Positions 15,325-28,962 of a stretch of 64,000 nt of DNA are shown here, piece by piece. The translations under genes and the position numbers were made by a program. The notes under the pieces were generated by a model. That model saw only the letters and a program-made list of their open reading frames with translations. It was not told the DNA's origin and ran no database searches. The stretch's first letter is position 1; every line of letters begins with the position of its first letter. Source of the DNA: Octopus vulgaris (lineage: Eukaryota); assembly GCA_951406725.2 (NCBI GenBank), contig OX597816.1, positions 35,154,001 through 35,218,000 of the forward strand, in the 5' to 3' direction.

Positions 15325-16532
15325 TATATCCACTAGGTCCCCTTTGGTCAGACGGTCAACTACTTTGTGGATATTTTGAACGGGATCAGAAAGACATTTC
15401 GTTTTCATCACGCAGTTGGTACTTGCACTTGGACAATGCAGAAACGCAAATTTCAGTACTAACCAACTGCTTATGAGAAATGGGCTTCAAAACTGTCCTC
15501 AAACTTTTTTTTTACAGTTCAGAACTTGCTCCCAGTGACTTTTGGTATGTGATGAGATATATGTATTTAAAAAGCTAAAGACAATTCCGTAAATTAAAGA
15601 TACAGAAGAAATAATTGAAAAAAAAAACGGTCTATTACTTAGAGCTTAATAACAAGTAGAGATCATACGGGTCACTAAACACCATAATGGAGAACATAAA
15701 TGTGGAATATAAGAAATAATTTTTAAAAATTCGTAAAATCTCAAGAGTGTTTTATCTTTCTTATACAATTATTTTTTCTATCTTAATTTATTTCTCTTGA
15801 CATAACTCACACACTACTTTGTCAAAGTTGACATCAGTTCCTTCGTATTTCGATTTTGATGGAAATTCAGAAAATTATTTTTGTTATTATATTTTGCCTT
15901 TTTAGTAATATTATATGGAACTCGAACGCAGCCTTGCCACCGTTATTGTTACTGATAGTGATGGTATTATTGTGTTGTAAACAATATATTCATGCCTGCG
16001 TCCCCACCGAATCTGATTGTTTGATTGGTGGAAAGTAATGTACATCGTATATACAGAGTATTCAGAAAACATTCATGAGGAATCAATCGTATTCCACCCG
16101 ATGAAGCGCCCACACATGGGTGTTGCTGAAAAATCTATACAATAATCTGCTTCTTCTTTTGCTCGTTATACGTTAATTAGTTGGATGAGTGGAGGTGGAG
16201 TGAGATGGAATAAGAGAGAGAGAGAGAGAGAGAGGAGTGAAGAAATAAAAGACGGAGAATTAGAGAGAGGTTATTAATATTAATACACTTGGGCCAGTGG
16301 TCACGTGGCCAGCTGAAGGTAGAAGTGATGAACGAAAGAAAAATAGAGTAGAGAAATATTAACGACCTGTGGTGCCGTGGGGAAGAAATGCTTTTTCGGT
16401 GGTTAAAAAAAATACTTGAAGTCAAATATAGACGGAGAGAGAGCGACAGGGAAGGTAGTACCATTGAACAGGAGAGAGATAGCGACGGAGGCAATGGTGG
16501 TGGTAGTTTTTTGTGTGGCTGGTAATGGAAGT

Positions 16533-16761
16533 TATTTCTTTACTACCTACGAGGGGCTAAACACAGAGAGGACAAACAAGGATAGACGAACGGATTAAGT
16601 CGATTACATCGACTCCAGTGCGTAACTGGTACTTAAATTATCGACCCCCGAGAGGATGAAAGGTAAAGTCGACCTCGGCGGAATTTGAACTCAGAACATA
16701 ATGCCAGACGAAATACGGCCACGCATCTCGCCCGGCGCGCTAACGTTTCTGCCAGCTCACC
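16533..16761 (-). mobile_element. SINE with 16-bp target-site duplication
   Basis: TSD GGCTGGTAATGGAAGT at 16517-16532 and 16762-16777; B-box-like GAGTTCAAATTCC on the minus strand. Confidence 0.88.
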
Positions 16762-17077
16762 GGCTGGTAATGGAAGTGTTGCGTTGATAGTGAACATTAT
16801 GTTTTTAAAACTATTTATTTTATAGCCACCATCGCTTAAAACATGGTCTTAAGTACAATTATTTCTTGTCTGATCGCTTTAAATAATTGATATTTGTTTG
16901 GATTCACAAGAAAAATGGTTGCAAGCTTCCAGAGAAAAGATGCACAGATATAGAGCACGGATCAGAGAGGAACGCCGAGAAAATATAAACAGAAGAGGAA
17001 AAAGACAACACCGATGGAGACGTAAAGTCACATATCCTCAATCCTCATGCTACATTATTCATTTCATATATATATAT

Positions 17078-17464
17078 ATATAAAAGTGAAGTTGTGTGTC
17101 TGTCTCCTACGATTTAGATTCCTAACTACTCCCACATTTTGCGGTGCAGTTTAACCAAAACCGGGTATCTTATAGTCGTGATTCATATCAAGCCCTTCTG
17201 GGTATTTGCGCGCATCTACGATGAGCCTACGATTTTAAACATAATTTACCATCATTTTTTTTCCATTTTAATGCATGTTTTTCGCTATTAGTATAAGGGA
17301 AGTAACTCTCTAAAAATGTCTACGATGAGTCAACGATTTTTTAAAAAATTACCATCATTTTTTTCCATTTTTAATGCATTTTTTTGCTATTTTTTGGCTA
17401 TAACTCTCTAAAAATGCTTATATAGTTATTTCCCTTACAAACCCGAGCAACGTCGGGTTTGTAA

Positions 17465-17465
<1 letters not shown>
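17078..17465 (+). mobile_element. Non-autonomous Helitron/Helentron-like element
   Basis: Sits in (TA)n, has an internal tandem duplication (about 17216-17290 / 17320-17390) and a terminal hairpin CTTACAAACCCGA-GCAACG-TCGGGTTTGTAAG (17434-17465). Confidence 0.5.
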
Positions 17466-17537
<72 letters not shown>

Positions 17538-17984
17538 TATATATATAGATATATAGATATGAGGGGTGGGGTGTACGTATGTATATATGCTTACATACAT
17601 ACACATTGCAAACGCAGGTGCAAGTGACTTACAAAACAATTCATATATGTGATAGTAGGACATCATTTCCTTTATAGAAATGTACAACGTGGCATGGCCC
17701 AATTAATTATTACTCTACTGTCTGTTTATTTGTACATTGAAAAAAAAGACATTTGGTTAATAGTCGCTGCTTATTGTATGAGCTGTTTTCTATTAGGTAT
17801 TAAATAGTTTAATTTTATCCAGTCATGTATATTTAGCGTATGCGGTCTATAAATTATGGAGAAATACGCAACCAATGCTGTGTTATCAAATCACGTATGA
17901 TTTGAATGGAATATGTATAAGATTTGTCATCTTATTTCTTGAGTATCTATATCGTTTATATTGCAGTTATGATATATTTTATAT

Positions 17985-18419
17985 TTTATCTTTTACTTGT
18001 TACACTCATTTCACTGCGGCCCTTCTGGGACATCACCTTGAAGGGCTTTAGGCGAATATATCGAGCGCAGGACTTATTTTTTCTAGCTTAGTTCCTATCC
18101 TATTGGTGTTTTATGCAGAACAGCTGAGTAAACAGGGACATAAACACACCAACACCGGTTTTCAAGCGGTTGGGGGACAAACACAAACTCTCTCTCCCTG
18201 TGACATACACTCACACACCCACAACCACACACACGCACGTACATACACATATATGTGACCGGCTTCCTTCAGTTTCCATCTACTAATTCCACTTACAGGG
18301 CTTCGGTCGACCCAAGGCTAGAGCAGAAGATGCTTCTACAAGTTGCCACGCAGTGGAACTGAACCCGGGTCCGTGTGTTTAGGAAGCAAGCTTCTCACCA
18401 AACAACCACACTGGCGCCT
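17985..18419 (-). mobile_element. Common tRNA-derived SINE
   Basis: Reverse complement of the 49258 family (taggcgccagtgtggttgtttggtgagaagcttgct head). Confidence 0.8.
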
Positions 18420-19089
18420 ATTTTTCAATTTGTAAACATTTTCAGTCTTAGACAGTACGTCAGGTATTATAACCGAAAGATTTACCTTACCTCGATAATA
18501 TTTATTGCCATATCTGCATCTTTAAAAATAGTAAATTCCAACTTGCTTATATTTAGGTCAGAAGTGATCGAGTTTTCTATCAACAGACTTAAATATTCGG
18601 TATTATCGCTTTGGTAATCCGGACAGGATTATTTATTAATATATATACCTATTTGTATTTGTATCTATATATATTTGCTTCTATATTTATATTTCCAGTT
18701 GGTAGCCGTGGTTTTGTCTAATGTCCAATAGACATAGGATGCTCATATGAAACCCTGCACCGAGAAATCATGTAATCAATGGTTTTATATGATGTCTCTT
18801 AATTTCTACTTCTGGGCATTCGCCCCTTGCTTTAATATTATTCTATTGCAACTTTCTGTTTCGTGTGCTGTGATTCTTTGCCCTTACTTACTTTGGTCCA
18901 CTTACTGAATTCTGAGAACGGAGTAAGTGAACAAGAACACACACGGAAATGTAAGGTGTCGCTGAAGAGGTCACAGATGTGTGACGAAAGATTTCCGGCC
19001 AATGGGTAGGCGTTAAAATAACACAATGATAGTAATAAATGAGAGAAGAAAAAATGAGAGAAGTGCGTTGTGTATTTTCAGTTCATTAA

Positions 19090-19510
19090 AATGGAATGTC
19101 AAAGTGGACAAACCTGAGCATACCATTTTTGACAGTATTTGCATTTAAACCCACTAACAATGCACGTGAGATTTGTGTTGTGTATGGAGAAGGAGCAATG
19201 TTTCGAAGTAACGCCGGCTGTTGGTTTTCACGCTCCAAAAATGGACAGATCACACCCCAGTCGGCCGACTGAGTTCGGTCAAGAGCGATTGATTCAACTT
19301 CTTCATGAAAATCCATGTCAAACGAGCAGAAAATTGGCGAAGCAGATGGATAGTGATATAAAAAACAAACTGTGGTGAACAATGTTCACACAATTGGCTA
19401 GGGTCATCGAACTCAATTGGCCAAACGATATGTAATCCGCCCTTGAGATCAAATTTCACGTTTGTGAAGCGTGAAAACCATAACAAAACAATTTTTGCAA
19501 ACGTATTGTA
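19090..19510 (+). pseudogene. Mariner transposase N-terminal remnant
   Basis: Frameshifted MECQ...FAF...EICVVYGEGA...SRPTEFGQERLIQLLHENPCQTSRKLAKQM, the HTH region of mariner. Confidence 0.7.
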
Positions 19511-19602
19511 TTTCTGCGTGTTATAACTTTTGAAATATGCGCTAATGAAATAGTCCTTGACTCAATACACAAACATACACGTACATATATAAGCATATAT
19601 AA

Positions 19603-19640
<38 letters not shown>

Positions 19641-19669
19641 GTACACACACACACATATATATATCTATC

Positions 19670-19704
<35 letters not shown>

Positions 19705-19705
19705 G

Positions 19706-19736
<31 letters not shown>

Positions 19737-20417
19737 GTTTATATATACATATATATGTATATGCATACACAGTAAACATATATGAATATAAAGATAGATA
19801 TATAGACAGAGGGAGAGAGAGAAGTAAATAGACAGGGAAACAGACTGACAGACAGACAGAAAACAGACAGATAGATAGATAGATAAAAAGTGATTTTCGC
19901 TGCAAAATTCAAAGAGAATTAAGAATATATCGCTTCGGACATCTTTTACCAATCGACAACTTTCATGCAAAGAGTTCCATAAAATCTTTTTTGTAAAGCA
20001 ATGATAGAAAAATATGAAAAGATAAATGTAAATTACCAGTCTTTTACACACATCACGAAAAGTATGTCTGATAAATATCAAATTACCATAGCACTTTTTG
20101 CAAATAATTGTGAAGCAAAAAGTTAGGGAGTTCTACCATCAAGTGACTGTGAAATGTCAAGACTAAAAAAATGAAGGCATAGTCTAATATGATGCTATGT
20201 CAAATAAATATGGAAGTAAAATATAATGTAACATAATACATTTTTTTATATAATTTTGTTACATTCTTGCAAGGAAAGCAGGTATTAATATGAAGTGTTG
20301 AAGTTACTGCATGCAAGAATTCACAGCTTTAGCATCAATCTTTCATAATCAGCTTTTGAACTTTTTGGCCCATCTTTGTAAATTACACCTATCTAATTAC
20401 ACCTATATGTGTATATA

Positions 20418-20554
<137 letters not shown>

Positions 20555-20774
20555 GAGAGAGAGAGAAAGAGATACATACATAAAATACATGCATACATAC
20601 ATATAAATAGAGAGGTGTTTTTATGATCCGATGATAATATTTGTATATCTAATAAGTTAGCTTACCTGTCTGTCACGAAATATCTCGATATATTAATTCA
20701 GGTGCTAAACACTTGATTTTATGTAACTGAAGCAGATTGAAATATTTTACAACCTATGTAGTATACAATGTCGT

Positions 20775-21128
20775 TTGGTACACTGAACATTTAGAGTATG
20801 CTATATAATGACATAAAACGATAAACGTCGCCCTTTTCAAGCCTAGTCAGGCTCATGGGCCCGGTTTCCTGGTTTCTGTGGCGTATGTGTCCCCGCAGCT
20901 GGACGGGATGCCGGTCCATCGCAGCATTACTCAAGAAACAGGAAGACCAAGTGAGAGAAAGTTGTGGCGAAAGAGCACAACATGGGAAACCACTACCCAA
21001 TGCCGGAGTCTCGTGGAGCTTTTAGGTGTTTTCAGTCAATAAACACACACAACACCCGGTCTGGGAATCGAAACCAGGGGCCTCCCACCGCGAGTCTGCT
21101 ACGCTAACCGCTGGGCCATTGCGCCTCC
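20775..21128 (-). mobile_element. tRNA-derived SINE (GGAGGCGCAATGGCCCAG head)
   Basis: A-box TGGCCCAGCGG and B-box GGTTTCGATTCC; head shared with 55659. Confidence 0.8.
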
Positions 21129-21353
21129 CTATAATGATATATTATATACAAAATAATGTAACCACTACTTATACATGTATATACGTATGTATACATATAC
21201 ATCTGTAGGTAGATATACTCGTATATATATATGTCTGTGTGTGTGTGCTTGTGTGTGTGTGTGTGTGTTTGTGTGTTTGTATGTTCGGGCATATATATGT
21301 ATATGTGTGCGTGTGTTTATGGGACTATATATATATATATATATATTTATATA

Positions 21354-23004
21354 CACTACCGTCAGAAATTAATTAGCACCCTTGATTTTCTCTTCACTCA
21401 AGATATTTGCTGTCACCTAGTGGCCATATCTCGAACTATTGCTTTGTTGTGAGTTCACTGTTGCGCAGAACGATGACGTAACTTTGTTTGCAGAGCAGTT
21501 TGAGAGTCTACAGCCTAATGATGTTGACATAGCAGTGCAACAACAACTTGGAGTGCGGATGCAGACAAATCTTCCTTTGTTTAATAGATATAGGTAGCGC
21601 CTCGCAAGGACCGAAATCACACCGTACTAAGTTTTCTCATCGCGTAAGACGTTTTGAACAGCTCGTAGGTTAATTGATTTGTGTATTTGCAAGATTTTTT
21701 TTCCTCACAAATTCTCCTACACTCTGCTTGATGACGTCACTTCTGGTTCATAAAACTTTCTGTTATACATCAAGTAAGGTGAGAAATTCTGCTTTCTTTC
21801 TTTTTTGTTTAATGAATAATAACTCATAGCAGTTTTGTTATAGCATAACATTATTCAAATGAATAGTTTTAATGAAAATAACTGGTTTTTATAGTTCATT
21901 CCTAGATGGGCCCAAGACCTCGCATGACCTTGGAGAGACGGTACGAGGCTCTCTCGTGGCGTGGGAAGCTGTCGGAGGCTGCAATAGCCAGAAAACTTGG
22001 TGTAGCCAGGCGCACAATTCAGTGCTTATTTAAGAAATACGAGGAAACCGGATCAGCAGCTGACAAAAAGGGTAGGGGACGGAAGAGGCTGACGACCCAG
22101 CGGGAAGACCGGATGCTGATCCGAAAGTCGCTGTACAACCGAAGGGCAATGAGCCAGCAACTGGCGGAGGTGATGCAAAAGATGACAGGGAAGTAGTTGT
22201 CTACAACCACCGTCAAGACCAGATTACTGGAAGCTAGTCTAAAATCCTGTAGGGCCGCCCATAAGCCGCTCCTTACAGCCCATAACTGGAAGAGGCGGCT
22301 TCTCTGGGCCCGTGCCCACAAGACATGGACCGTGCAGCAGTGGTGGACAGTGATGTTCACTGACGAGTCGCGATTCAGTCTCGTCAGTGACAAGCCTGTC
22401 CATGTGCGACGCCGCAGGGGTGAGCGCTTCAACAAAGACTGCATTGCTCTCACCATGAAGTATGGTGGGGGTGGTCTGATGGTGTGAGGGGCGTTCAGCT
22501 ACAGTGGTATTGGGCGGCTCTATGCCGTCGAAGGCAACATCAACGCAGCAAAGTACGTTGAGATAGTACGGGATACCTCTTTGGTGGCGAGGAGTACGTG
22601 CTCCAGCAGGACAACGTGCCTTCCCACACAGCCAAGCTCACAACCGGTTTCTTCAAGGACCATGGGGTGACGGTCATGGACTGGCCTGGCCAGTCACCTG
22701 ACCTGAACCGACACAAGCTGTTTGGGGCTCTTCTTGCTGCATGGAGGGCCATCCCTGCACAGTACCTGCAGGCACTCATAGACAGCATGCCGACCCGCGT
22801 AGCAGCTGTCATTGCTGCCAAAGGAGGAGAAACAAGATATTGACTAAATTTCACGATTAATAACAATTATGTGGTGTGCTGGGATATGTTTTAATAAATT
22901 TTTGATTATAAACGAGTTCGTTTCTGATAATAAGTTAATTAAATTAAGAAAATGTAAGAAAATGTAGAAATTTGAGAAGTGCTAATTAATTTCCGACGCA
23001 AGTG
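21354..23004 (+). mobile_element. Full-span Tc1-family DNA transposon, inactivated
   Basis: TA-flanked TIRs CACTACCGTCAGAAATTAATTAGCAC / GTGCTAATTAATTTCCGACGCAAGTG enclose the transposase. Confidence 0.92.
21906..22843 (+). pseudogene. Tc1 transposase pseudogene
   Basis: HTH, GRKR, VMFTDESRF, GGGGLMV(*)G, QQDN, WPGQSPDLN, SMPTRVAAVIAAKGG. Stops at 22194 and 22485, a frameshift near 22575, and deletion of the PIE motif. Confidence 0.92.
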
Positions 23005-23009
23005 TATAT

Positions 23010-23061
<52 letters not shown>

Positions 23062-23063
23062 CG

Positions 23064-23112
<49 letters not shown>

Positions 23113-23131
23113 GTATATATATATATATATA

Positions 23132-23330
23132 TTACGGAGAATTACTCGCATATGAGTGACCCGCTCTGAGATCATGTGCTTGAACGAAAACAACTGCAGC
23201 GTCGAAGGTGTTTATAAACCATTTAAGAAACACACAAAAGGCGTTAGATTCACTTCAACATTTAAATTAATTTGTCAAAATATTTTCGTCGCTTTGAAAC
23301 CGCAACCTGTTCATTGCCAAAATTCCGTGC

Positions 23331-23331
<1 letters not shown>
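23132..23331 (-). mobile_element. ~200-bp dispersed repeat with an HHR-like fold (copy 2), inserted in (TA)n
   Basis: Homologous to 11504-11707. Confidence 0.8.
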
Positions 23332-23378
<47 letters not shown>

Positions 23379-24626
23379 TTAGAATGAAAAAAATGCAGGC
23401 GCATGCATGTTAATATTCTTAAGTTTTTACACCTGGAGAAAAACAGAACGAGATTTCTACAGTAGAATTTGCCTAATTAGTCCCCTCTAAAGGAGACTGA
23501 AAAGTGCTTAAAATTGAAATTCTAATGTACTTAAAATATTGCAACCGAGAATAGCATTTTTTTTAAATTTCCAATTTATGAAAAGAAAAACTATCAAATG
23601 ATTACCTGGTTCTTCCAAAAATAACCCCCTCCGATGTTAAGCCTCTGGGCTTATATTTAGAGACTCTTTTCATGTATAACCCCAGTAATTTTTTATTATT
23701 TTCATTAAAAAATTATTTGAGCAAAATTATTTAAGTCTGTACTTTAGCCCGTATTTTTGGAAAAAGCAAAAGTAATTTTTAAAAAATTACAGCAGAAATT
23801 GCTAGTCATCCCTCAGAGCAAAATGAAAGTGACGAATTCAGTGAAGAAACGAATTAGCTATAGACCAATTCGGCTAATTCTACTAAATTTTAGTTTTGAT
23901 TATTTTGTAGGATTAAAGTATTTTTTTTTCAATGTGGAAAAATTGACTGATCCTATGCCACATCTGAAACCATTTAATGATCAATTACTGTATTGTAATG
24001 AATTTTCACCTCAAGAAAATAATCTTGCACTGTATCACTTACAAATCAATATTGTTTTGTTTGTACTTGATACAACTTAATAAAATTGCTCTTTCAACAT
24101 TATATTTCAAAAGACATTAATTATAAGCAAATTGTCTGTTTAAACTTATTTTAGATTATTTTTATACTATGCTTTTAAAGATTTTCTGTTGATTCAGTAA
24201 TATTTTGAGACGGTCCTTAATGGCGATACGAACCAAATACTGATGCCATCTCACCTTTTTCTTATTACATTTTACTAAATAACGATTCGATTCTTTAATT
24301 ATAATTCGGTCTAGCGAGGAAATATTTGGTCCGTCTCGTCGCCATCAGTCGTGAGCCGATCAATTTGTCCTTCCTACACCAAGACTGATGAAGTTAATTG
24401 ATTGAGTAGTATACTAAATAGTTAATCTAGTAAACGATTAATTGATAGCTAACCAGTTTGTTCAGAGAATCTCTGTTAGAGATGTAAGCAGTTTTTATAC
24501 AGAAAAGTAATGTTTATCGTCACCTAAACGTGGGTGTTTTGTCAGAACAGCCGATACATTATTTTAGCCCCAGGAGGACACCTGCTCCAGCTGCTTATTC
24601 AATGAGCTTCTCACTCGAAATATATT

Positions 24627-24812
24627 CTTTTCTACTCTAAGCACAAGGCCCAAACTTTTGGGGGAAGGGAAATCGATTAGATCGAACCCAGTACGCAATT
24701 GTTGTTTAATTTATTGACCTCGGTGGAATTTGAACTCAGGACGCAAAGACACAAGAAATACCACTAAGCATTTAGACCGGCGTGCTAACGTTTCTGCGAG
24801 CTCGGCGCCTTA
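24627..24812 (-). mobile_element. SINE with 15-bp TSD (family of 16533)
   Basis: TSD CACTCGAAATATATT at 24612-24626 and 24813-24827. Confidence 0.85.
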
Positions 24813-25439
24813 CACTCGAAATATATTGTAAGCGGTGTGAAACCTCCCTACTATTCTAGCCCTCAGAACACCAGATCACAGTTAATCGACCTCATTTTGA
24901 TCACCTCCAGCGATAGATACCCGTATGCTAGATCTGACAGTAATTCACACCAGCCTATATAGAGATGCAGTCACAGATTTTATTGAGAAGCTAGTTTGCT
25001 AATTGCACAGTTAATGACTGTATTACACAGTTTTTCTAAATGTTGCCAGCTGGGGTGAACTACTGCTATGTTTAGTAGATGTGTATCCATCACTGAAGTG
25101 AACAAATTAAAGTCGAAACCCCGTGAGCTGGTGGTCTCAGCGCTAAAATAGTAAGGAAGTCGCTCCCCATTAGCAATATATATATATATATATATGTTGA
25201 GTGCAAAGTGATATGAATAACAAGCTGGAAGAGGTGTCCTTCTGGGTTGAAATTAGCAGTCTCGTCCGTTCTTATAGATCACCCACCTTTAGGTGGTAAT
25301 AAAGATTACTCCCCAGTATAATCACTGCTTTCGACTCAAATAGATATTTTCTTAAGAAGCTAGTATGCTAATTGCAAAATCAGGAACTGTGTGACACTGT
25401 TCTGGGGGTGAACTATTGCTATGTCTAGCAGACGAGTAT

Positions 25440-25486
25440 CCATCACTGAAGATGGACAAAATGAAGTCGAAATCACGTGATCTGGT
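25440..25486 (+). ncRNA. Minimal type I hammerhead-like motif
   Basis: AUCA CUGAAGA UG GAC-loop-GUC GAAA UCACGUGA UC/UGGU; palindromic stem III. Confidence 0.6.
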
Positions 25487-26435
25487 AATCTGGAGTTACA
25501 ATAGGATGGAATCCACTCTCCGCCTGCAATAAATATCAGCGCAAAAGGCACTGCCAAACCAGCTGGCAGATGCCTTCCCCTGACGTTAAAATAAGTATCG
25601 TCTGTTCTTATAGAACACCCACAATTATGCATCACTAAAAAATAATTAATGTCTTGACTGGTTAACAGATTGGCTAATAATTATCAGGTATGAGGATTAT
25701 CTGGGTTTCTTATTAGCAGGATGACTTTCGTACGATTTACAAATTATTTTTCTTTATTTTCGCTATATTTCTACATAGAAATTTAGTTCGAGAAAACTGT
25801 AAAAAATATACCAACTAACGTTACAGAACTTGGTTATAATTAAAATATTTTAGACATCTAATGTAAATGTAAATGATATTTTCGTGGTAATTTGCGTATG
25901 TTCTTTCCAATTTTCCAAGATTTTGAAATATCTATAGCATCATTCCACGCGTTCCTGTATTGCAGTGTTCGTGTATTACGCTTATGCAATACTAAGTAGT
26001 TTTGGGTTTTCAAATCACATGTAGAGTCGAAATGTCTAACATCTTGAAACAATACTATGAAGAGTTAAAATGTATGCATTGAAACATATGTCAACAGATA
26101 TTTAAATGAAAGGGGAGTAACATTAGCAAGTAGCTGTGAATGTTACACTTTTGCGTTTTACTTGTTGCAGACCAGAGACAGTGGCCATGTTGGGGTGCAG
26201 TCATTATTCAATTGTCTTTTTGTTATTTGGTTTAAATACATATTGATATTACAAGAGTACACAGAAACTGGAAAGATAATAAAATGGTATAGATAGATAG
26301 ACAGGTAGATAGATGAGTCTACAGATATATCAACGGATATCAAATAGAGAGTTATATTAATAGTATACAAATATGTGCTTGAAATGAACAGAAATGAAAA
26401 ATTTTTTTGATCTTAGCTGATCAAAGAGTGTAGTT

Positions 26436-26509
<74 letters not shown>

Positions 26510-26726
26510 ATTCATATATATATATATATATATATACATATATATATGTACGTTTAAATATTTGTTGTGCAAGATTTTTTATGTGAAGTCGTGTGTTGAA
26601 ACAGATATTGTTATATTTCGGAATGGTCATATTGCCAGTTTAGCCAATAAAAACACACGCACTATATATTTGGTGTTATTTTGCTTCAGTGATATTTATT
26701 TTTTACATTAATCTTAATCTTATTTC

Positions 26727-26771
26727 GGCCAAAGTTCTTTCGTCACACTCCTGTGACCGCATCAGTGGTCC
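26727..26771 (-). ncRNA. Hammerhead-like motif, inverted twin of 29282-29326
   Basis: Identical sequence on the minus strand. Confidence 0.6.
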
Positions 26772-27088
26772 TTTGTTTTCTTCTCACTTACTTGTGTCTC
26801 TCCTTACTAACCGTCAGCCATTTTGTATTTCTATTGTATGTCTTCATTTGCGCATGCTTATATCTCTATGTGCGTCTATGTTTATTTAGTGTGTGTGTGG
26901 GGGGATGCCTGTAATATTTGTATCTTCTGGTTATATACATTCTTGTAATTTGTATTTTGTTTTTGTTGTTGTTGCTTTTGTTCTAATTTTGTTCATGTGT
27001 TTACATCCACCCATTATTATCATTACATATGCTTGTATGTATGTATAACAACAATATTAGTAATAATAATAATAAATCTAATTGAAAA

Positions 27089-27155
<67 letters not shown>

Positions 27156-27276
27156 CATATATACACACACATATACACATATACATACACACATATATAC
27201 ACATATACATATATATAGTTATTCATTTCTATTTCTTTAATTATCTGTGTATTTATTATGTTTGCAGGATCCACTA

Positions 27277-28337
27277 TCGTCATATGTTGTGGTGTGCGCT
27301 ATTGCTCCATTCTAGTTTTCTATTCAGGCTAGGTTTATTTTCTATTATATGTGTAGCTTCTGTAATTTGTCTAATTGTTGCATCTGTTCTATGTGTGGAC
27401 AATATCTTAATCTCTATGTTATTGATTGAACCCCGTGTTCTTGTTCAGCGTGTTGGTACAGAATCGATGAGCTTTTACCTTCCTTGAGTTGTCTCCAATG
27501 TTCATTCACCCGCTCACCAATGCTTCTTGCTGTTTCCCCTACGTATGTCACTGTCTTGTTACTGCATCGTGCCTCTATACATCTTATACTATAGACCACA
27601 TTTCTGGCTTTACAGTTTGTTTGTGGGCTAAATCTACATACAGTGCAATAGTTATCCGTACAGAGAGTTCTACTAAAAGGATAGCTTCTACCAATTATAG
27701 ATCTGATAGGGTTGCCTGGCTTTTCAACAACCTTAATTCTTAGTTTAAGTTTATCTAGGGTCCTTCTAAAGCGGTACGCCAGTTCACCTCCAGGGGTGGT
27801 GTCAACGAACATGACACTCTGGTATTTATGGCTATCATACCAAGAGTTGGCCTTCCCTATTTTCTTTTTTGTCCTTTCTATAGTGTTCCATGACTTGTTC
27901 CTATAGAGTGGGCAAATCCCATTCCTATCATTACATAATATATTATCAAATTTCTTCATGGCTCCTTTGTATACTCTGACCCTTTCTTTATGGCTGTAAC
28001 CTGAGAACTGCATGCGGTGAATGAAATACTGTATGTGTCTCTTTAATTCTGTAGGCTCGCACATGCGTGACACATTTCTCATTATTCTGACGAGGTCTGC
28101 AATCAAAATATTGAATTTGGCATTGCCCGCAATGGCTGAGTTCCGGTGGATCAGGAATTTTGAGGCCATAGGTTTTGCATAGTATGAATGAAAGATTTGG
28201 GTTTTATTTTTCACAATTTCTAGCCAGAGTTCAGTGTCTAGTACTGGTAGTCTATGGTTGGGGTGTTTAGTGGGGTAGTCTATTGTGACCTTAATACTCT
28301 GGTGGATGGAGTTAGCTATTTGCTGGATGCTCTCCAT
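27277..28337 (-). pseudogene. PLE ORF 3' part: RT C-terminus/thumb plus GIY-YIG endonuclease (frameshift near 27430)
   Basis: LPVLDTEL..HSYYAKP, C-x4-C-x2-C linker, NVVYSIRC...YVGETARSIGERVNEH. A 1-bp deletion in the G-run relative to the inverted copy. Confidence 0.9.
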
Positions 28338-28348
28338 AGTATTAGTTT

Positions 28349-28779
28349 CTATCAGATCTATAATTGGTAGAAGCTATCCTTTTAGTAGAACTCTCTGTAC
28401 GGATAACTATTGCACTGTATGTAGATTTAGCCCACAAACAAACTGTAAAGCCAGAAATGTGGTCTATAGTATGAGATGTATAGAGGGACGATGCAGTAAC
28501 AAGACAGTAACATACGTAGGGGAAACAGCAAGAAGCATTGGTGAACGGGTGAATGAACATTGGAGACAACTCAAGGAAGGTAAAAGCTCATCGATTCTGT
28601 ACCAACACGCTGAACAAGAACACGGGGGATCAATCAATAACATAGAGATTAAGATATTGTCCACACATAGAACAGATGCAACAATTAGACAAATTACAGA
28701 AGCTACACATATAATAGAAAATAAACCTAGCCTGAATAGAAAACTAGAATGGAGCAATAGCGCAAACCACAACATATGA
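28349..28779 (+). pseudogene. Inverted duplicate of the PLE GIY-YIG domain (frame open to stop)
   Basis: ORF 28285..28779: VVYSMRC...YVGETARS...RQITEATHI...PSLN. Confidence 0.88.
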
Positions 28780-28931
28780 CGATAGTGGATCCTACAAACA
28801 TAATAAATACACAGATAATTAAAGAAATAGAAATGAATAACTATATATATGTATATGTGTATATATGTGTGTATGTATATGTGTATATGTGTGTGTATAT
28901 ATGTATATATATATATATGTATATATATATG

Positions 28932-28962
<31 letters not shown>

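Larger units (their letters stand above)
24440..25500. repeat. Mosaic of direct and inverted copies of an HHR-bearing repeat
   Basis: 24487-24602 is inverted relative to 25215-25331; 24987-25140 and 25356-25492 are direct repeats; a third inverted copy lies at 24865-24955. Confidence 0.75.

Noticed and set aside
23455-23890. Short inverted match (agtagaatttgcctaattagtc / gaccaattcggctaattctact)
   Set aside because: Too short and diverged to define element ends confidently.
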